DNA of 64,000 nucleotides from Candidatus Helarchaeota archaeon (GTDB lineage: Archaea > Asgardarchaeota > Lokiarchaeia > Helarchaeales > RDOG01), in the NCBI GenBank assembly GCA_019058315.1, contig JAHPZH010000005.1, positions 96,001 to 160,000 of the forward strand, read 5' to 3'. The notes beneath the pieces are model-generated. The model did not search any database, was not told the DNA's origin, and was given only the letters and a program-made list of their open reading frames with translations. Both the position numbers and the translations under genes were made by a program. Below, piece after piece: positions 38,331-48,937 of the stretch (positions within the stretch are counted from its first letter, which is position 1; each line of letters opens with the position of its first letter).

Positions 38331-38621
38331 ATGTATCAGAGTTTTATTACTAAATCTGATTTGATTGAACGTATTCATAAATCTGTAAAACTATTTTTTT
38401 TCAGAAAGAACATTAAAGGTAGTAAGTCAGAGCAGATTGAGAGTGTTGAAAAATTTGTTGAAAATTATTTAACACTTTATGATTTTAAATCCGATTTAAT
38501 TGCTATAGATTTCCGAAAAAAGGGTATAAGAATTAAACTTAAGAATCTTAGACGTTATAAAAGTGGTGACAGGCAAAAATTACTTTCAAAACTTGATTTT
38601 TTACTAAAGGGAGGTAAATAA
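38331..38621 (+). CDS. Small basic hypothetical protein, first gene of a three-gene operon
   Basis: 96-aa ORF whose 3' end carries the GGAGGT SD of the next gene. Confidence 0.6.
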   Translation: MYQSFITKSDLIERIHKSVKLFFFRKNIKGSKSEQIESVEKFVENYLTLYDFKSDLIAIDFRKKGIRIKLKNLRRYKSGDRQKLLSKLDFLLKGGK

Positions 38622-41600
38622 TAATATTAAGAACACTTCCATTTTGGGATTTAACAAAAAATGATCTATCGATTAATGAAATATTACTAAAAAAGGATTA
38701 TACCAGAGTTATCCCTTTTATTTTTAATAGGAAAGGAGATATTGGAAGTTTTGGAAGTGTCGAAGATACGTTTTGGGCTCTTTTGGCTCTCCATTTAATG
38801 CAAAAGCTAGATTCAATAAATAGAGATAAAATAAACAAGTTTATTTTTAGTTTTAGGTCTCCTATCGGGGGATTTTTTTCAAATAATGAAGATTATCCTG
38901 ATGTTAGAACTACATTTTATGCCATTTCTTGTTTACATCTCCTTGGTTTGGATTTAAATGAGGATGAGAAGCGAATAACATTTAATTATATAATGGAAAG
39001 CAGAACTAAAGAAGGTTTATTTCTTCATTGTAAGGATCCAAATTGTGATTGTCATCAAAAAGTTGCATTTCTCTATGCGTTTTTTGCAATTGGTAGCATA
39101 ATTTTATTAGATTTTCAAGAAAAATTAGAATCTGAATTCTTTGAAAAAATTACATCATTAGATTTTAATATTCATAATTTTGACACTTTCTTTTTCTTTT
39201 TAGCCATAAATCTGTTACAAATTGATATAAGAATGGAAAATAAAGACTTATTAAAAATTATTCACTTTTTTCAAAGAAAATCAGGTGGTTTTGGACGTAT
39301 TCAAGATACTTTTTGGATAATAACTTGGTTAAATTCTCAAAAGTTTTTACATCGAATTAATAAAGGAGTAGTAATAGAAAAATTTCTCGAAAATCGAAAA
39401 AATTTAGATGGAGGATATAATGAAAAAGGGGAATCAAACTCAACTTTAAAAGTTACAGCTCAAGCGATTATAATTCTTTCCATTCTTAATCCACTTGTTG
39501 TAAAGGAATTAGAAAATGAAATATTTAATCGATTAAGCGAGAACACTCATAATTTATTAAAACGTTTTTCTGATCAATTTTCTATAGAAGAGGAGCGAAT
39601 AGCCGAAATTATAGTTATGCTTAATTCAAAATATAAATGGTTGAATGTTAAATTATTAAAATTCGAATCTGTTTTCAATAAATATATTCAAAACTTAAAA
39701 TCTTCAGAACAAAAAATTGGCCAAAATATTTTAAAATCAGTTTATGATGCAAACCAGAAAAAAATTGACTTATTAGAGTTAGCTAATTCTCTTAATGTTA
39801 ATGAAGAAGAATTAATTCGAGTATTATATGATTTAATAGATGCCAAATTAATTTATGGTAATATTGAACCATCTCAACTCATAAAAGACTCTCATATGCT
39901 TGAAATAAGTTATCTACCTCAATATATTTTAGTAAGAAAAGATCTTCTTCCCTCTGACGAAGTTTCAGTTGAATTGGAAAATTTAAACTTACTTCAAGAA
40001 CAAATTATTGAAGGTATAAATAATCTCCAGAAATATCCAATAGATTTCAAAGAAAGTATAGAATATTTATTGGATATCGATGAAGTTGAAATCGCCAATT
40101 TTAAAATTACTAGACTTTTTAATGATTATTTAATCATTATTCAATCTAACGATGAGGATATTACTGATAAAATTTCAAATATGAAATATTTTAAATCGGA
40201 TATCACAAATCTTTACCAAAAATGGAAAAATGTCTCATCATCCACACTTAAGGCTCTACAAGATATAAATAATGACTTATCAGTAAAAATTTCTTCCAGA
40301 ATGAAAATTGTTACGGCATACAATGATTTAGAGCAATTTGTTAATTTTGTAAATGAAAATATTAACAAATTTAGAAAAAAAATTGAAGTATTTACAGCGA
40401 TTTTTTACAAAACATCCAGCAGAAATGAATTATCTCTTAAATCTCAAGAGTTTATAGAGTTTCTTGATGATATGGATGAAGAATTTAAAGAAATTGCCCA
40501 ATATATCCAAAAAAAGAGCAAGGAATTAGCTAGCATTACTAAGAAAACAAAATTATTTAAAAATGTCATTATTTCAGAAGATCCAATATTTCGTAAGAGA
40601 ATTATTAGCACTGATTTAAAGAAAAAACTACAACCTTTTGGAAATTGGTTAGAAAGCCAGTGGAGCCAAAAGAGAAATGATTCTTTCAAAAAAATTACAG
40701 AATTCAGATCCAAAATACATAAACATGAAGAATTGATTAAATATATTAACGAAATGGAAATTTCAATCATTGCACAATTAAAAAATATCAATAATTTGGA
40801 AAATCATGGAAAAATTTATTCAGGAACTGTAAAAATTATTAATTCCATAAACAAATCAGACAAATATATTTCTAATTTTATTAGAGATACAGGTAAAATC
40901 CTTGAGGATTTTGATTTAGTAGTTCAGGACATCCCAATTATTTGGTCAGATAAAATTAAACAATTTGGGAAGAAGATTCAATCTATAAGAGAAAAAATTG
41001 GAAAGAAAATAATTGATAAACTCGAAATTCAAAAAAAGAATGAATTTGAAGAAAAAATTGAAAATCAAATACAAAATTTTATAATGAAATTAAATGAACT
41101 TGATGAAATACAAAATTTTCATTGGAAGAAAATAAATATTAGTTATAATGAGCTTTTAAATAATCAACTTTCTCTTATAAAACAATCTATTTTTCAAAAA
41201 AATGAAGATTTAATTAGAATCTATAGGGAAAATTCGGAAAAATTTTCTGGATTTGGAGAGTTAAGTCTAATTCCATTAAGAAAATGGGAAAATTTTTACG
41301 AATCCTTCGATGATGGTTTACGAAAGAAAGAAAACGATATTTTAGATATTATATTAGTTCGAATTTTGTTTCAATTATCAACACCGAGGACTGGCGGGCG
41401 TGTAAATCTATCAAAACTCTCTGAGATTATTGGTCTAGATCAAAAAATTATCAATAAAAGGTTAAAGAAATTAGAAGAAAATTTTAAAATTGAAGTGAAT
41501 TTTATTGATAAAGAAAAAGTAATCCCGCTAACTGAAGAAAATCAGACACAACTTAGATTTGAGGATTTTGTTTTACAGTTTTCTCAAGAATTTAAAGAAT

Positions 41601-42493
41601 CTAATGAACAATTAAATCGCTTTTTTAATTATATCTGTGATCGAAAGAAAATTTCAGAAAATGAAGAAGAGATTAAAAGTAAATTAAACCAACTTTCCGA
41701 AAAAATACTAGATTGTGAGATGGAATTAAAGAAGAGTTATTCTATTCAAATGAAAAATGAATATAATAAAAATATTTTAAAGAATTTAGAAGATATAATA
41801 CAAAAATCAAAAGAGAATTTGAATAATATTCAATATATCTTAAATATTAGAGCGGAATATGACGATACTATCAAAATAGAATTTTTTAAAATACATAAGA
41901 AATTTGAAGAGATTTCTGATTTTAGTGCATTTGATGAATTAAAGACGTTTGAAGTATATAATGCTGAGATTGATGAATTTAATCAGTTGATTAACAATTT
42001 CAACATAAAATCTGATGAATATATAAAAAATCAATCTAAAAATATTGAAAATTTTAGTAATTATATTATTGATTTAAGAACTAAATATAACAATTCCCTT
42101 AAGAAATTAAAATCAGATTTAAGAATTCTCAACTCGCAGAAAATTCAGAAAATTAAAAGTAAAATAATTGTAAATTTGAAGGTGATTTTAAAAACAAAAA
42201 TCGAAGAGTACCAATTAAAATTTCAAGAAAATTTATACAAATTCGAAAATGAAGCGTATAAATTAAAGAAAAGGGAGGATATTGAATCCTTAAATGAAAT
42301 AATCAAAGACTTTTATGTAGAATTAAATCAACACCTAAAAAATACCCAACTAGAAATTGAGGACTTTTTAAAGAGTAATGAGACCAACTATAAATTGACC
42401 CGTCTTAAATACAAATTTGAAGATATTTTAAAATCTTGGAATCCAGAAGAAATTAAAGAGGGTTTACTTATATATCTAGGCTCATTTTTATAA
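38621..42493 (+). CDS. Large protein: prenyltransferase/squalene-cyclase-type alpha-alpha toroid repeats + winged-helix (PCI-like) domains + long helical coiled coils
   Basis: Repeats GSFGSVEDTFWAL, GGFF...DVRTTFYA, QRKSGGFG..QDTFW, RKNLDGGY; wH segments KIDLLELANSLNV...LIYGNI and GRVNLSKLSEIIGL. The frame is open 54 codons upstream of the ORF-track start (38783) back to ATA codons after a GGAGGT SD. Confidence 0.75.
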   Translation: MILRTLPFWDLTKNDLSINEILLKKDYTRVIPFIFNRKGDIGSFGSVEDTFWALLALHLMQKLDSINRDKINKFIFSFRSPIGGFFSNNEDYPDVRTTFYAISCLHLLGLDLNEDEKRITFNYIMESRTKEGLFLHCKDPNCDCHQKVAFLYAFFAIGSIILLDFQEKLESEFFEKITSLDFNIHNFDTFFFFLAINLLQIDIRMENKDLLKIIHFFQRKSGGFGRIQDTFWIITWLNSQKFLHRINKGVVIEKFLENRKNLDGGYNEKGESNSTLKVTAQAIIILSILNPLVVKELENEIFNRLSENTHNLLKRFSDQFSIEEERIAEIIVMLNSKYKWLNVKLLKFESVFNKYIQNLKSSEQKIGQNILKSVYDANQKKIDLLELANSLNVNEEELIRVLYDLIDAKLIYGNIEPSQLIKDSHMLEISYLPQYILVRKDLLPSDEVSVELENLNLLQEQIIEGINNLQKYPIDFKESIEYLLDIDEVEIANFKITRLFNDYLIIIQSNDEDITDKISNMKYFKSDITNLYQKWKNVSSSTLKALQDINNDLSVKISSRMKIVTAYNDLEQFVNFVNENINKFRKKIEVFTAIFYKTSSRNELSLKSQEFIEFLDDMDEEFKEIAQYIQKKSKELASITKKTKLFKNVIISEDPIFRKRIISTDLKKKLQPFGNWLESQWSQKRNDSFKKITEFRSKIHKHEELIKYINEMEISIIAQLKNINNLENHGKIYSGTVKIINSINKSDKYISNFIRDTGKILEDFDLVVQDIPIIWSDKIKQFGKKIQSIREKIGKKIIDKLEIQKKNEFEEKIENQIQNFIMKLNELDEIQNFHWKKINISYNELLNNQLSLIKQSIFQKNEDLIRIYRENSEKFSGFGELSLIPLRKWENFYESFDDGLRKKENDILDIILVRILFQLSTPRTGGRVNLSKLSEIIGLDQKIINKRLKKLEENFKIEVNFIDKEKVIPLTEENQTQLRFEDFVLQFSQEFKESNEQLNRFFNYICDRKKISENEEEIKSKLNQLSEKILDCEMELKKSYSIQMKNEYNKNILKNLEDIIQKSKENLNNIQYILNIRAEYDDTIKIEFFKIHKKFEEISDFSAFDELKTFEVYNAEIDEFNQLINNFNIKSDEYIKNQSKNIENFSNYIIDLRTKYNNSLKKLKSDLRILNSQKIQKIKSKIIVNLKVILKTKIEEYQLKFQENLYKFENEAYKLKKREDIESLNEIIKDFYVELNQHLKNTQLEIEDFLKSNETNYKLTRLKYKFEDILKSWNPEEIKEGLLIYLGSFL

Positions 42494-42526
42494 TTTCAAA
42501 AAATTGAATTAAAAAGGGTAACAAAG

Positions 42527-43657
42527 ATGGAAAAATATTTAGAATTATTATCTGAAAAAACACCTTTTGATTCCTTCGTTTCCAAGAGGTATAAGCGAGA
42601 ACAATTTGATATTCCAGATATAAGAAATTCTATAGATAAAGAAATTATGAACATAATCAAAAATCTGAAAAATCAACAGGAAAATCATATATTTGCAATA
42701 ATAGGTGATGTGGGATCAGGAAAAACTCATTTTTTTTGGGTTCTAAATAATTTGTTTAATATTAAATCACCAGATTTTTTTATTACATACATTTCACCTC
42801 AAGATACTAAGATTGATGACGTTTATTTTAATCTATGTTCAAATATTTTAGCAGATCTGGGAGAAAAATCTCTCAAATTGATTGCATCAAATATAATTAA
42901 TATCGGTGGTGGAAAGACTATAAATTTAGATTTACTTGGGCTCATTAAAATTAAAAAATCACCAAGAATTATAATAAAACAAATTTTTCAAAAACTAGAT
43001 CCCGAAATTTCAGAGTTTGAAAGAAGTTTAATCAAAGTTTTCATCTATTTAGGGGCAGGAACTACATTCGAGCGAGAAATAGCATTAAAATGGTTAAAAA
43101 AAGAATCACTAACCGCAAAAGAACTTAAAAAATTAGACATTAAATCAAATGATTTTACAGAAAAGGAATACCAGGAAATTTTCAAATTTATCTCAACTTA
43201 TATTGGAAAACCTTTAGTAATTTTTTTTGATGATATTGAATATTTTCAATTGTTAGATAAAGAGAGAGAATTCGCAGAATTAATTAATACTATATACATG
43301 TATCTAAATTCAGTTTTAATAATTTTAACATCTTTATCAAGTAGTTGGAGTTATTTTAAAAATTTAATTGAGACCGTATTGAAGAAAGAATTTAAAAATA
43401 CTAAGAGTTTGAACAATTTTACAGAAAATAATGTCCTAAATTTTTATAAGAAATCAATGGAGGAATTCTGGAAAAAAAATAAACTCAAACCACCACAAGA
43501 TCCTTTATTTCCCTTAAATAATAAAATTTTAAAAATAATCCATCTTAAATCCAACGGTAATCCACGTTTAGTAAAAAAAATGCTAAAAGAATCCATTGAA
43601 CAGGAATTATTTGAAATTCAAGTGGAAAATTTATGGGAATTAAAGGAAATGATTTAG
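42527..43657 (+). CDS. P-loop AAA+-like ATPase (BrxD/DUF2791-like)
   Basis: Walker A GDVGSGKT, Walker B VIFFDDIE, ALKWLK, PLFPL, SNGNPR. Confidence 0.8.
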   Translation: MEKYLELLSEKTPFDSFVSKRYKREQFDIPDIRNSIDKEIMNIIKNLKNQQENHIFAIIGDVGSGKTHFFWVLNNLFNIKSPDFFITYISPQDTKIDDVYFNLCSNILADLGEKSLKLIASNIINIGGGKTINLDLLGLIKIKKSPRIIIKQIFQKLDPEISEFERSLIKVFIYLGAGTTFEREIALKWLKKESLTAKELKKLDIKSNDFTEKEYQEIFKFISTYIGKPLVIFFDDIEYFQLLDKEREFAELINTIYMYLNSVLIILTSLSSSWSYFKNLIETVLKKEFKNTKSLNNFTENNVLNFYKKSMEEFWKKNKLKPPQDPLFPLNNKILKIIHLKSNGNPRLVKKMLKESIEQELFEIQVENLWELKEMI

Positions 43658-43802
43658 AAATATCTTTTTTTTTTAATTCAAAGTAATCTTTTCTTTATTA
43701 AAGCATTAATTATGGTCTAATTTTTATCATATTTTTTTAAATATTCAAAATAATCAATAAATTATATGGATTCAAGATAGATAAAGAAAAGAGTGGGGCA
43801 TT

Positions 43803-45002
43803 TTGCTTCAAAAAAAATGTTTAGAAGATGTTATAGTATTAGACACATCACAATTTCTTTCTGGTCCTTACGCATCAAGTTTACTAGCGGATTTAGGGGC
43901 GGAAATCTGGAAAATTGAACCTCCAATTGGGGAAATAATGCGGCTTTATACATTATTCAAACCCTCAATTGCACCAATGATGAATTTACTCAATAGAAAT
44001 AAAAAATCTATTACACTAAATATGAGAAGTAAAGAAGGTAAAGAAATTTTTAAAGAATTAATAAAAAAAGTGGATATTCTTTTAGAAAACAATGTTCCAG
44101 GTTATATGGATAAATTAGGTCTAGGTTACGAAGTGTTAAGAGATGTAAATCCTGGTCTGGTTTATTGTGCAATTAGTGGATTTGGTCAAACTGGTCCATT
44201 AAGAGAACGCCATGCATTTGATATGATAGCCCAAGCTACTGGTGGTATCATGAGTGTATTGGAAAGAGAAGATCGAGCACCTTCAGTATTTATTGCAGAT
44301 CTTGGTGCAGGTGTACATGCCGCATATGGCATACTTGCTGCATTACATTATCGAGATAAAACGGGGATAGGACAATTCGTAGATATTTCAATGCAGGATA
44401 TCATGTACGCATTTAACTTTAGAGCTGTAATACGTGGTGCATTACCAGAAGATTCTTTGCAAAGAGAAGACCAAGAACGTATAACGGTCCCAATATATCA
44501 GAGTTTTAAATGTAAGGATGGATATGTGGCAATCGTGGCTATTACGGATCGGCAGTGGAAGCGTGTAGTTCTCGCAATGGATAGAAAAGAATTACTCCGA
44601 GTCCGTAAATATAGAAATGTAATAAAAAGAATAGAATTTGTCGATGAAATTTATGAAATTGTAGAGTCTTGGACAAAAGATAAAACAGTTGTTGAAGTAA
44701 TCGAAATAATGGAAAATGCAAAAATTCCATGTGGACCCATAGTTCCTTATAAGGAAGTCTCAAATCATCCACAGATACTTGCCAGAGAAATGGTTAGAGA
44801 ATATATTGTGGATGATCCAGAAAAGAAAGGCGAGAAACGAAAGATTACAATACCAGGAATTCTCATAAAATTGTCTGAAACTCCAGGCGATATCTGGACA
44901 CTAGCACCAGGCCTTGGTGAACATAATAAAGAAATTTATGAAGGTATTATGGGATATAATAAAGAAAAACTTATCCATTTTAAGAAAAAGGGTATAATTT
45001 AA
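43803..45002 (+). CDS. CoA-transferase family III (CaiB/BaiF), paralog of 3167-4333
   Basis: LADLGAEIWKIEPP, NRNKKSITL, GFGQTGP, DISMQD, APGLGEHN. Confidence 0.95.
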   Translation: MLQKKCLEDVIVLDTSQFLSGPYASSLLADLGAEIWKIEPPIGEIMRLYTLFKPSIAPMMNLLNRNKKSITLNMRSKEGKEIFKELIKKVDILLENNVPGYMDKLGLGYEVLRDVNPGLVYCAISGFGQTGPLRERHAFDMIAQATGGIMSVLEREDRAPSVFIADLGAGVHAAYGILAALHYRDKTGIGQFVDISMQDIMYAFNFRAVIRGALPEDSLQREDQERITVPIYQSFKCKDGYVAIVAITDRQWKRVVLAMDRKELLRVRKYRNVIKRIEFVDEIYEIVESWTKDKTVVEVIEIMENAKIPCGPIVPYKEVSNHPQILAREMVREYIVDDPEKKGEKRKITIPGILIKLSETPGDIWTLAPGLGEHNKEIYEGIMGYNKEKLIHFKKKGII

Positions 45003-45011
45003 TTTAAAATC

Positions 45012-45371
45012 TTATTCCTTCAAATTTTCTTCTTTAAATTTATCTGGTTGAGGTTTAGGATTCATAAAAAAATAAGCGAGATCATCTTGAGAATAACATT
45101 CATCCCCTTCTTTATATAACCATAACTTTTTCTTTTGTTCATCTGACAGTGTAATTTGTTGGCAACTTCCACCCCCTATCAAAATGCCTCGAAAAACATC
45201 TAATGCTTCTTGCGATTCACCTTCTATTCTCATCTCCAAATAAATTCCATCAGCTATTGATTTATACAATGCCAATAACCATTCTCTATCCTCTAAATCC
45301 CAAAGAGCTGGCTTTGGTATATATTTTTCTTTAGGATACTCCCAATCAATCGAGCTAAGAAGTACTTTCAA
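45012..45371 (-). CDS. Hypothetical protein (intact copy; decayed paralog at 48938-49219)
   Basis: TTG start with SD GGAGTG; in-frame homology to the pseudogene copy supports coding status. Confidence 0.75.
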   Translation of the reverse strand: MKVLLSSIDWEYPKEKYIPKPALWDLEDREWLLALYKSIADGIYLEMRIEGESQEALDVFRGILIGGGSCQQITLSDEQKKKLWLYKEGDECYSQDDLAYFFMNPKPQPDKFKEENLKE

Positions 45372-45500
45372 TATTTCAACACTCCGAATTATCTATCTCT
45401 TGGGAATTGAACGAAATATATAAATGATATGATTAATAAAATTTTTAAGTTAGGAAATTAAATAGATTAAAAAAATGAGATTTTTTTAGAAGAAATATTT

Positions 45501-48500
45501 TTATAATATTTCTTTTTTAGTATTTTCTTTAAAATTTGTTTTAGAAACCGATTTATTTCCGAATTTTTGATTTAATTCTTTAATTATTTTATTAATTTTC
45601 TCAATAGTTCTATTATTTTTAATCAGAATTGTAGCAATTATAGAAAATGCTGATATAATGCCAATGATGATTCCTAAACCAGGTAATGACAAAAATAAAT
45701 TTAAAATATCACCGTCTCCTGATGTTAAAATTAAATTAGGAAAACTAGGCTCATCAGGTGTTGGCTGAGTTGTTGTTATAGTTACAATAACTGTATCCGA
45801 ACAAAATTGATTAATGCTATCATTATATTCAATAGTATAATTGAATATCCCAGTTACACTTCGATAAATAGGAACATTTATGTAAGTATTATTATACCAA
45901 TTAGTCCAATCTATCCATACTACACCATTTAACCAAACTCGGTATTGTGGCAGACCAAATCCTAAACCCCAATCATCATATAGTATCCAACCAATTGTTT
46001 CTGAACCATCTAGAGAAGTTATAATATCATTAGGTTGATTTGAAGTAGGTTGATAATCTACTATAGTAATTATTACTGTATTTGATAATCCAAATATATT
46101 GAACATATCATTATATTCTATAGTATAATTGTAAACTCCTAGAGCAGTGCGGTTAATAGCTATATTGAGAGGAGTATTGTTGTCCCATGAGGTCCAGTTT
46201 ATTAAGATATAATATTGATCATTTGTATCATTTACCCATACACGATATTGACCCGGACCAGAATCATCATATAGTATCCAATTAATGGTCTCTAATCCAG
46301 TTATAGAAGTTGTAATTGGTATTGGATTGTTAGAAGTAGGTGGATTATCTGTAATTGTAACTATTACTGTATCTGGTATGCCAAATATATCGAATATATC
46401 ATTATATTCTATAGTATAGTTGTAAACTCCTAAAGCAGTGCGGTTAATAGCTATATTAAGCGGAGTATTATTGTTCCATGATGTCCAGTTTATTAAAATA
46501 TAATAATTGTCATTTGTATCATTTACCCATACACGATATTGCCCTGGACCACAATCGTCGTATAGTGTCCAATTAATGGTCTCTAATCCGGTTACAGAAG
46601 TTATAATTGGTGCTGGATTGTTAGAGGTAGGTGGATTATCTATAATTGTAACTATTACAGTATCTGGTATGCCAGAAATACTGAATGTATTATTAAATTC
46701 AATAGTATAGTTGTAAACCCCGGGAACAGTGCGGTTAATAGCTATATTAAGCGGAGTATTATTGTCCCATGATGTCCAGTTTACTGAAATATAATAATTG
46801 TCATTTGTATCATTTACCCATACACGATATTGCCCTGGACCACAATCGTCGTATAGTGTCCAATTAATGGTCTCTAATCCGGTTACAGAAGTTATAATTG
46901 GTGCTGGATTGTTAGAGGTAGGTGGATTATCTATAATTGTAACTATTACAGTATCTGGTATGCCAGAAATACTGAATGTATTATTAAATTCAATAGTATA
47001 GTTGTAAACCCCGGGAACAGTGCGGTTAATAGCTATATTAAGCGGAGTATTATTGTCCCATGATGTCCAGTTTACTGAAATATAATAATTGTCATTTGTA
47101 TCATTTGCCCATACACGATATTGTCCTGGACCAGAATCATCATATAATATCCAATTAATTACTTCTGAACCTATACTTGTTGTGTTAATAATCCCAGGAT
47201 GGTTTGAATGAGGTCGTTTAGCAAGTATTACCCTTTGGGCATAAATATCATCACTGGTTCCGCTTCTAGAATCTCGCCATGAAACGATTGCACCATTTAA
47301 ACCATCGAAACAAATTTCTGGACTATCTTGATTATCGATTGCCGTGCAGATAATAGTTTCACTACCTAACCATTCCAAATCTCCGCTGGAATTTACTTTC
47401 TGAACATAAATATCAGTTTCAAGAAATCCTTTTCTATCATCAGACCATGTAATTATTGCGCTACCCGTTCCATCGCTGCAAATTTGAGGTTCCAATTGAT
47501 CATCACTTACCGTACAGATGGCAGTTCCATTATTTACCCATTCCAAACCTCCACTAGAATTTACTTTCTGTGCATATATATCCCAATCGCTACCTCTTTC
47601 ATCTTGCCATACGATAATTGCACCACTATTATTATCACTACAAATTTGAGGGGTAATTTGATTATTGACCTCCGTACAAATGTCAGTTCCATTAGCTACC
47701 CATTCAATACCTCCACTGGAATTAATTTTTTGTGCATATATATCATCATTACCATCTCTTCCATCTCGCCATGTGATAATGGCACCTCCAGAATCATCAC
47801 TACAAATTTGAAAATACCATTGGTCATTGATTTCCGTGCAGATGGCAACTCCGTTGTCTGCCCATTCCCTTTCTCCACTAGAATTAACTTTTTGTACATA
47901 GATATCAAGATCACTACCTCTATCATCTTCCCACACAATGATTGCACCTCCAGCACCATCACTGCAAATTCGATTATTCGACTCGGATCCACTTGCTAAA
48001 CAGATATTAATTCCATTATTTACCCACTCTATACCTCCAGTGGAGTTTATCTTCTGCGCATAAGTTTCGTAATCGCTCCTATAATCGTCCCACGTCACAA
48101 TTGCTCCCCCAGCGCCGTCGCTGCAAATTTGAGGATCCCATTGATTATTACTAGCTGTGCAAATGGCAGTTCCATTATCTGACCACTCCAAACCTCCGCT
48201 GGAATTTACTTTCTGTATATATATATCCCGATCAGTACCTCTTTGATCTTCCCATACTATAATTACACCGCCCACACCGTCACTGCAAATTCTAGGTCTA
48301 CGTTGTTCACCAGTTGCCGTGCAGATGAGAGTTCCATTATCTATCCATTCCGTATCTCCACTGGAATTTACTTTCTGAGCATAAATTTTCCTATCGCTAC
48401 CTCTTTCATCTACCCACACAATGATTGCACCGCCCGCACCGTCATTACAAATTTGAATATTATATTGATTCCAGATAGCAGTGCATACAGCAGTACCATT

Positions 48501-48674
48501 ATTATCTTTATTCCATATTAAAATAGGTGCGGCTTTAGTAGAAATCATTGTATTTCGGTATGAGTTATTCCAAAAAGGTAAAAAATTTATTGTGGACGAA
48601 ATATTAGTAAATAAGATAGTTGAAATTATAAAAACCAATCCAAATAATAAATTTAAACATTTATATTTTTTCAT
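45501..48674 (-). CDS. Cell-surface glycoprotein: signal peptide, 8-repeat beta-propeller-like region, five Ig-like repeats, C-terminal TM anchor
   Basis: Eight ~54-aa repeats IC..DG.GGAI.W.D.R....IY.QK.NS.G..EW; five ~97-aa repeats P.SN.P...I.W.LYDD.G.GQYRVW...YNYTIE...DTVIVTI; many NxS/T sequons; hydrophobic N- and C-termini. Confidence 0.88.
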   Translation of the reverse strand: MKKYKCLNLLFGLVFIISTILFTNISSTINFLPFWNNSYRNTMISTKAAPILIWNKDNNGTAVCTAIWNQYNIQICNDGAGGAIIVWVDERGSDRKIYAQKVNSSGDTEWIDNGTLICTATGEQRRPRICSDGVGGVIIVWEDQRGTDRDIYIQKVNSSGGLEWSDNGTAICTASNNQWDPQICSDGAGGAIVTWDDYRSDYETYAQKINSTGGIEWVNNGINICLASGSESNNRICSDGAGGAIIVWEDDRGSDLDIYVQKVNSSGEREWADNGVAICTEINDQWYFQICSDDSGGAIITWRDGRDGNDDIYAQKINSSGGIEWVANGTDICTEVNNQITPQICSDNNSGAIIVWQDERGSDWDIYAQKVNSSGGLEWVNNGTAICTVSDDQLEPQICSDGTGSAIITWSDDRKGFLETDIYVQKVNSSGDLEWLGSETIICTAIDNQDSPEICFDGLNGAIVSWRDSRSGTSDDIYAQRVILAKRPHSNHPGIINTTSIGSEVINWILYDDSGPGQYRVWANDTNDNYYISVNWTSWDNNTPLNIAINRTVPGVYNYTIEFNNTFSISGIPDTVIVTIIDNPPTSNNPAPIITSVTGLETINWTLYDDCGPGQYRVWVNDTNDNYYISVNWTSWDNNTPLNIAINRTVPGVYNYTIEFNNTFSISGIPDTVIVTIIDNPPTSNNPAPIITSVTGLETINWTLYDDCGPGQYRVWVNDTNDNYYILINWTSWNNNTPLNIAINRTALGVYNYTIEYNDIFDIFGIPDTVIVTITDNPPTSNNPIPITTSITGLETINWILYDDSGPGQYRVWVNDTNDQYYILINWTSWDNNTPLNIAINRTALGVYNYTIEYNDMFNIFGLSNTVIITIVDYQPTSNQPNDIITSLDGSETIGWILYDDWGLGFGLPQYRVWLNGVVWIDWTNWYNNTYINVPIYRSVTGIFNYTIEYNDSINQFCSDTVIVTITTTQPTPDEPSFPNLILTSGDGDILNLFLSLPGLGIIIGIISAFSIIATILIKNNRTIEKINKIIKELNQKFGNKSVSKTNFKENTKKEIL
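46496..47106. repeat. Perfect intragenic tandem duplication, 291-nt period
   Basis: 46496-46815 reads identical to 46787-47106 by eye; the flanking repeat copies are diverged. Confidence 0.9.
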
Positions 48675-48937
48675 TATTAATGCATTCCTTAAAAACTGAA
48701 ATTATCCCTTTAAATCAGGTAAATTCTATTATAAAGTAATTATAAATGGTTTCTATTGATTATTTGTTAAATTTACTTCAAATTTAAATAATTCCTTCTT
48801 TATTTTTAATGAAATAATTAAGTCAGAAAAACAATAATATAAATCAAATTAACGATCTTAAGTAAGTTGTATTTATTTATGTGGAAAAAGTGGAATTTAT
48901 TATCCTAAATCTAATAAATTTTTAATTAAAATATAGT

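Noticed and set aside
38621-42493. Bona fide Rab geranylgeranyltransferase beta subunit
   Set aside because: No clear Zn-binding DxC motif, no alpha subunit identified, and the Rab-like GTPase in the window has no C-terminal cysteine.
42527-43657. BREX defence system
   Set aside because: Only an ATPase with loose BrxD-like resemblance; no pglZ, pglX or other brx genes in the window.
45770-48500. CRISPR array or non-coding repeat
   Set aside because: Repeat periods (about 162 and 291 nt) are in-frame protein repeats with no repeat-spacer structure.
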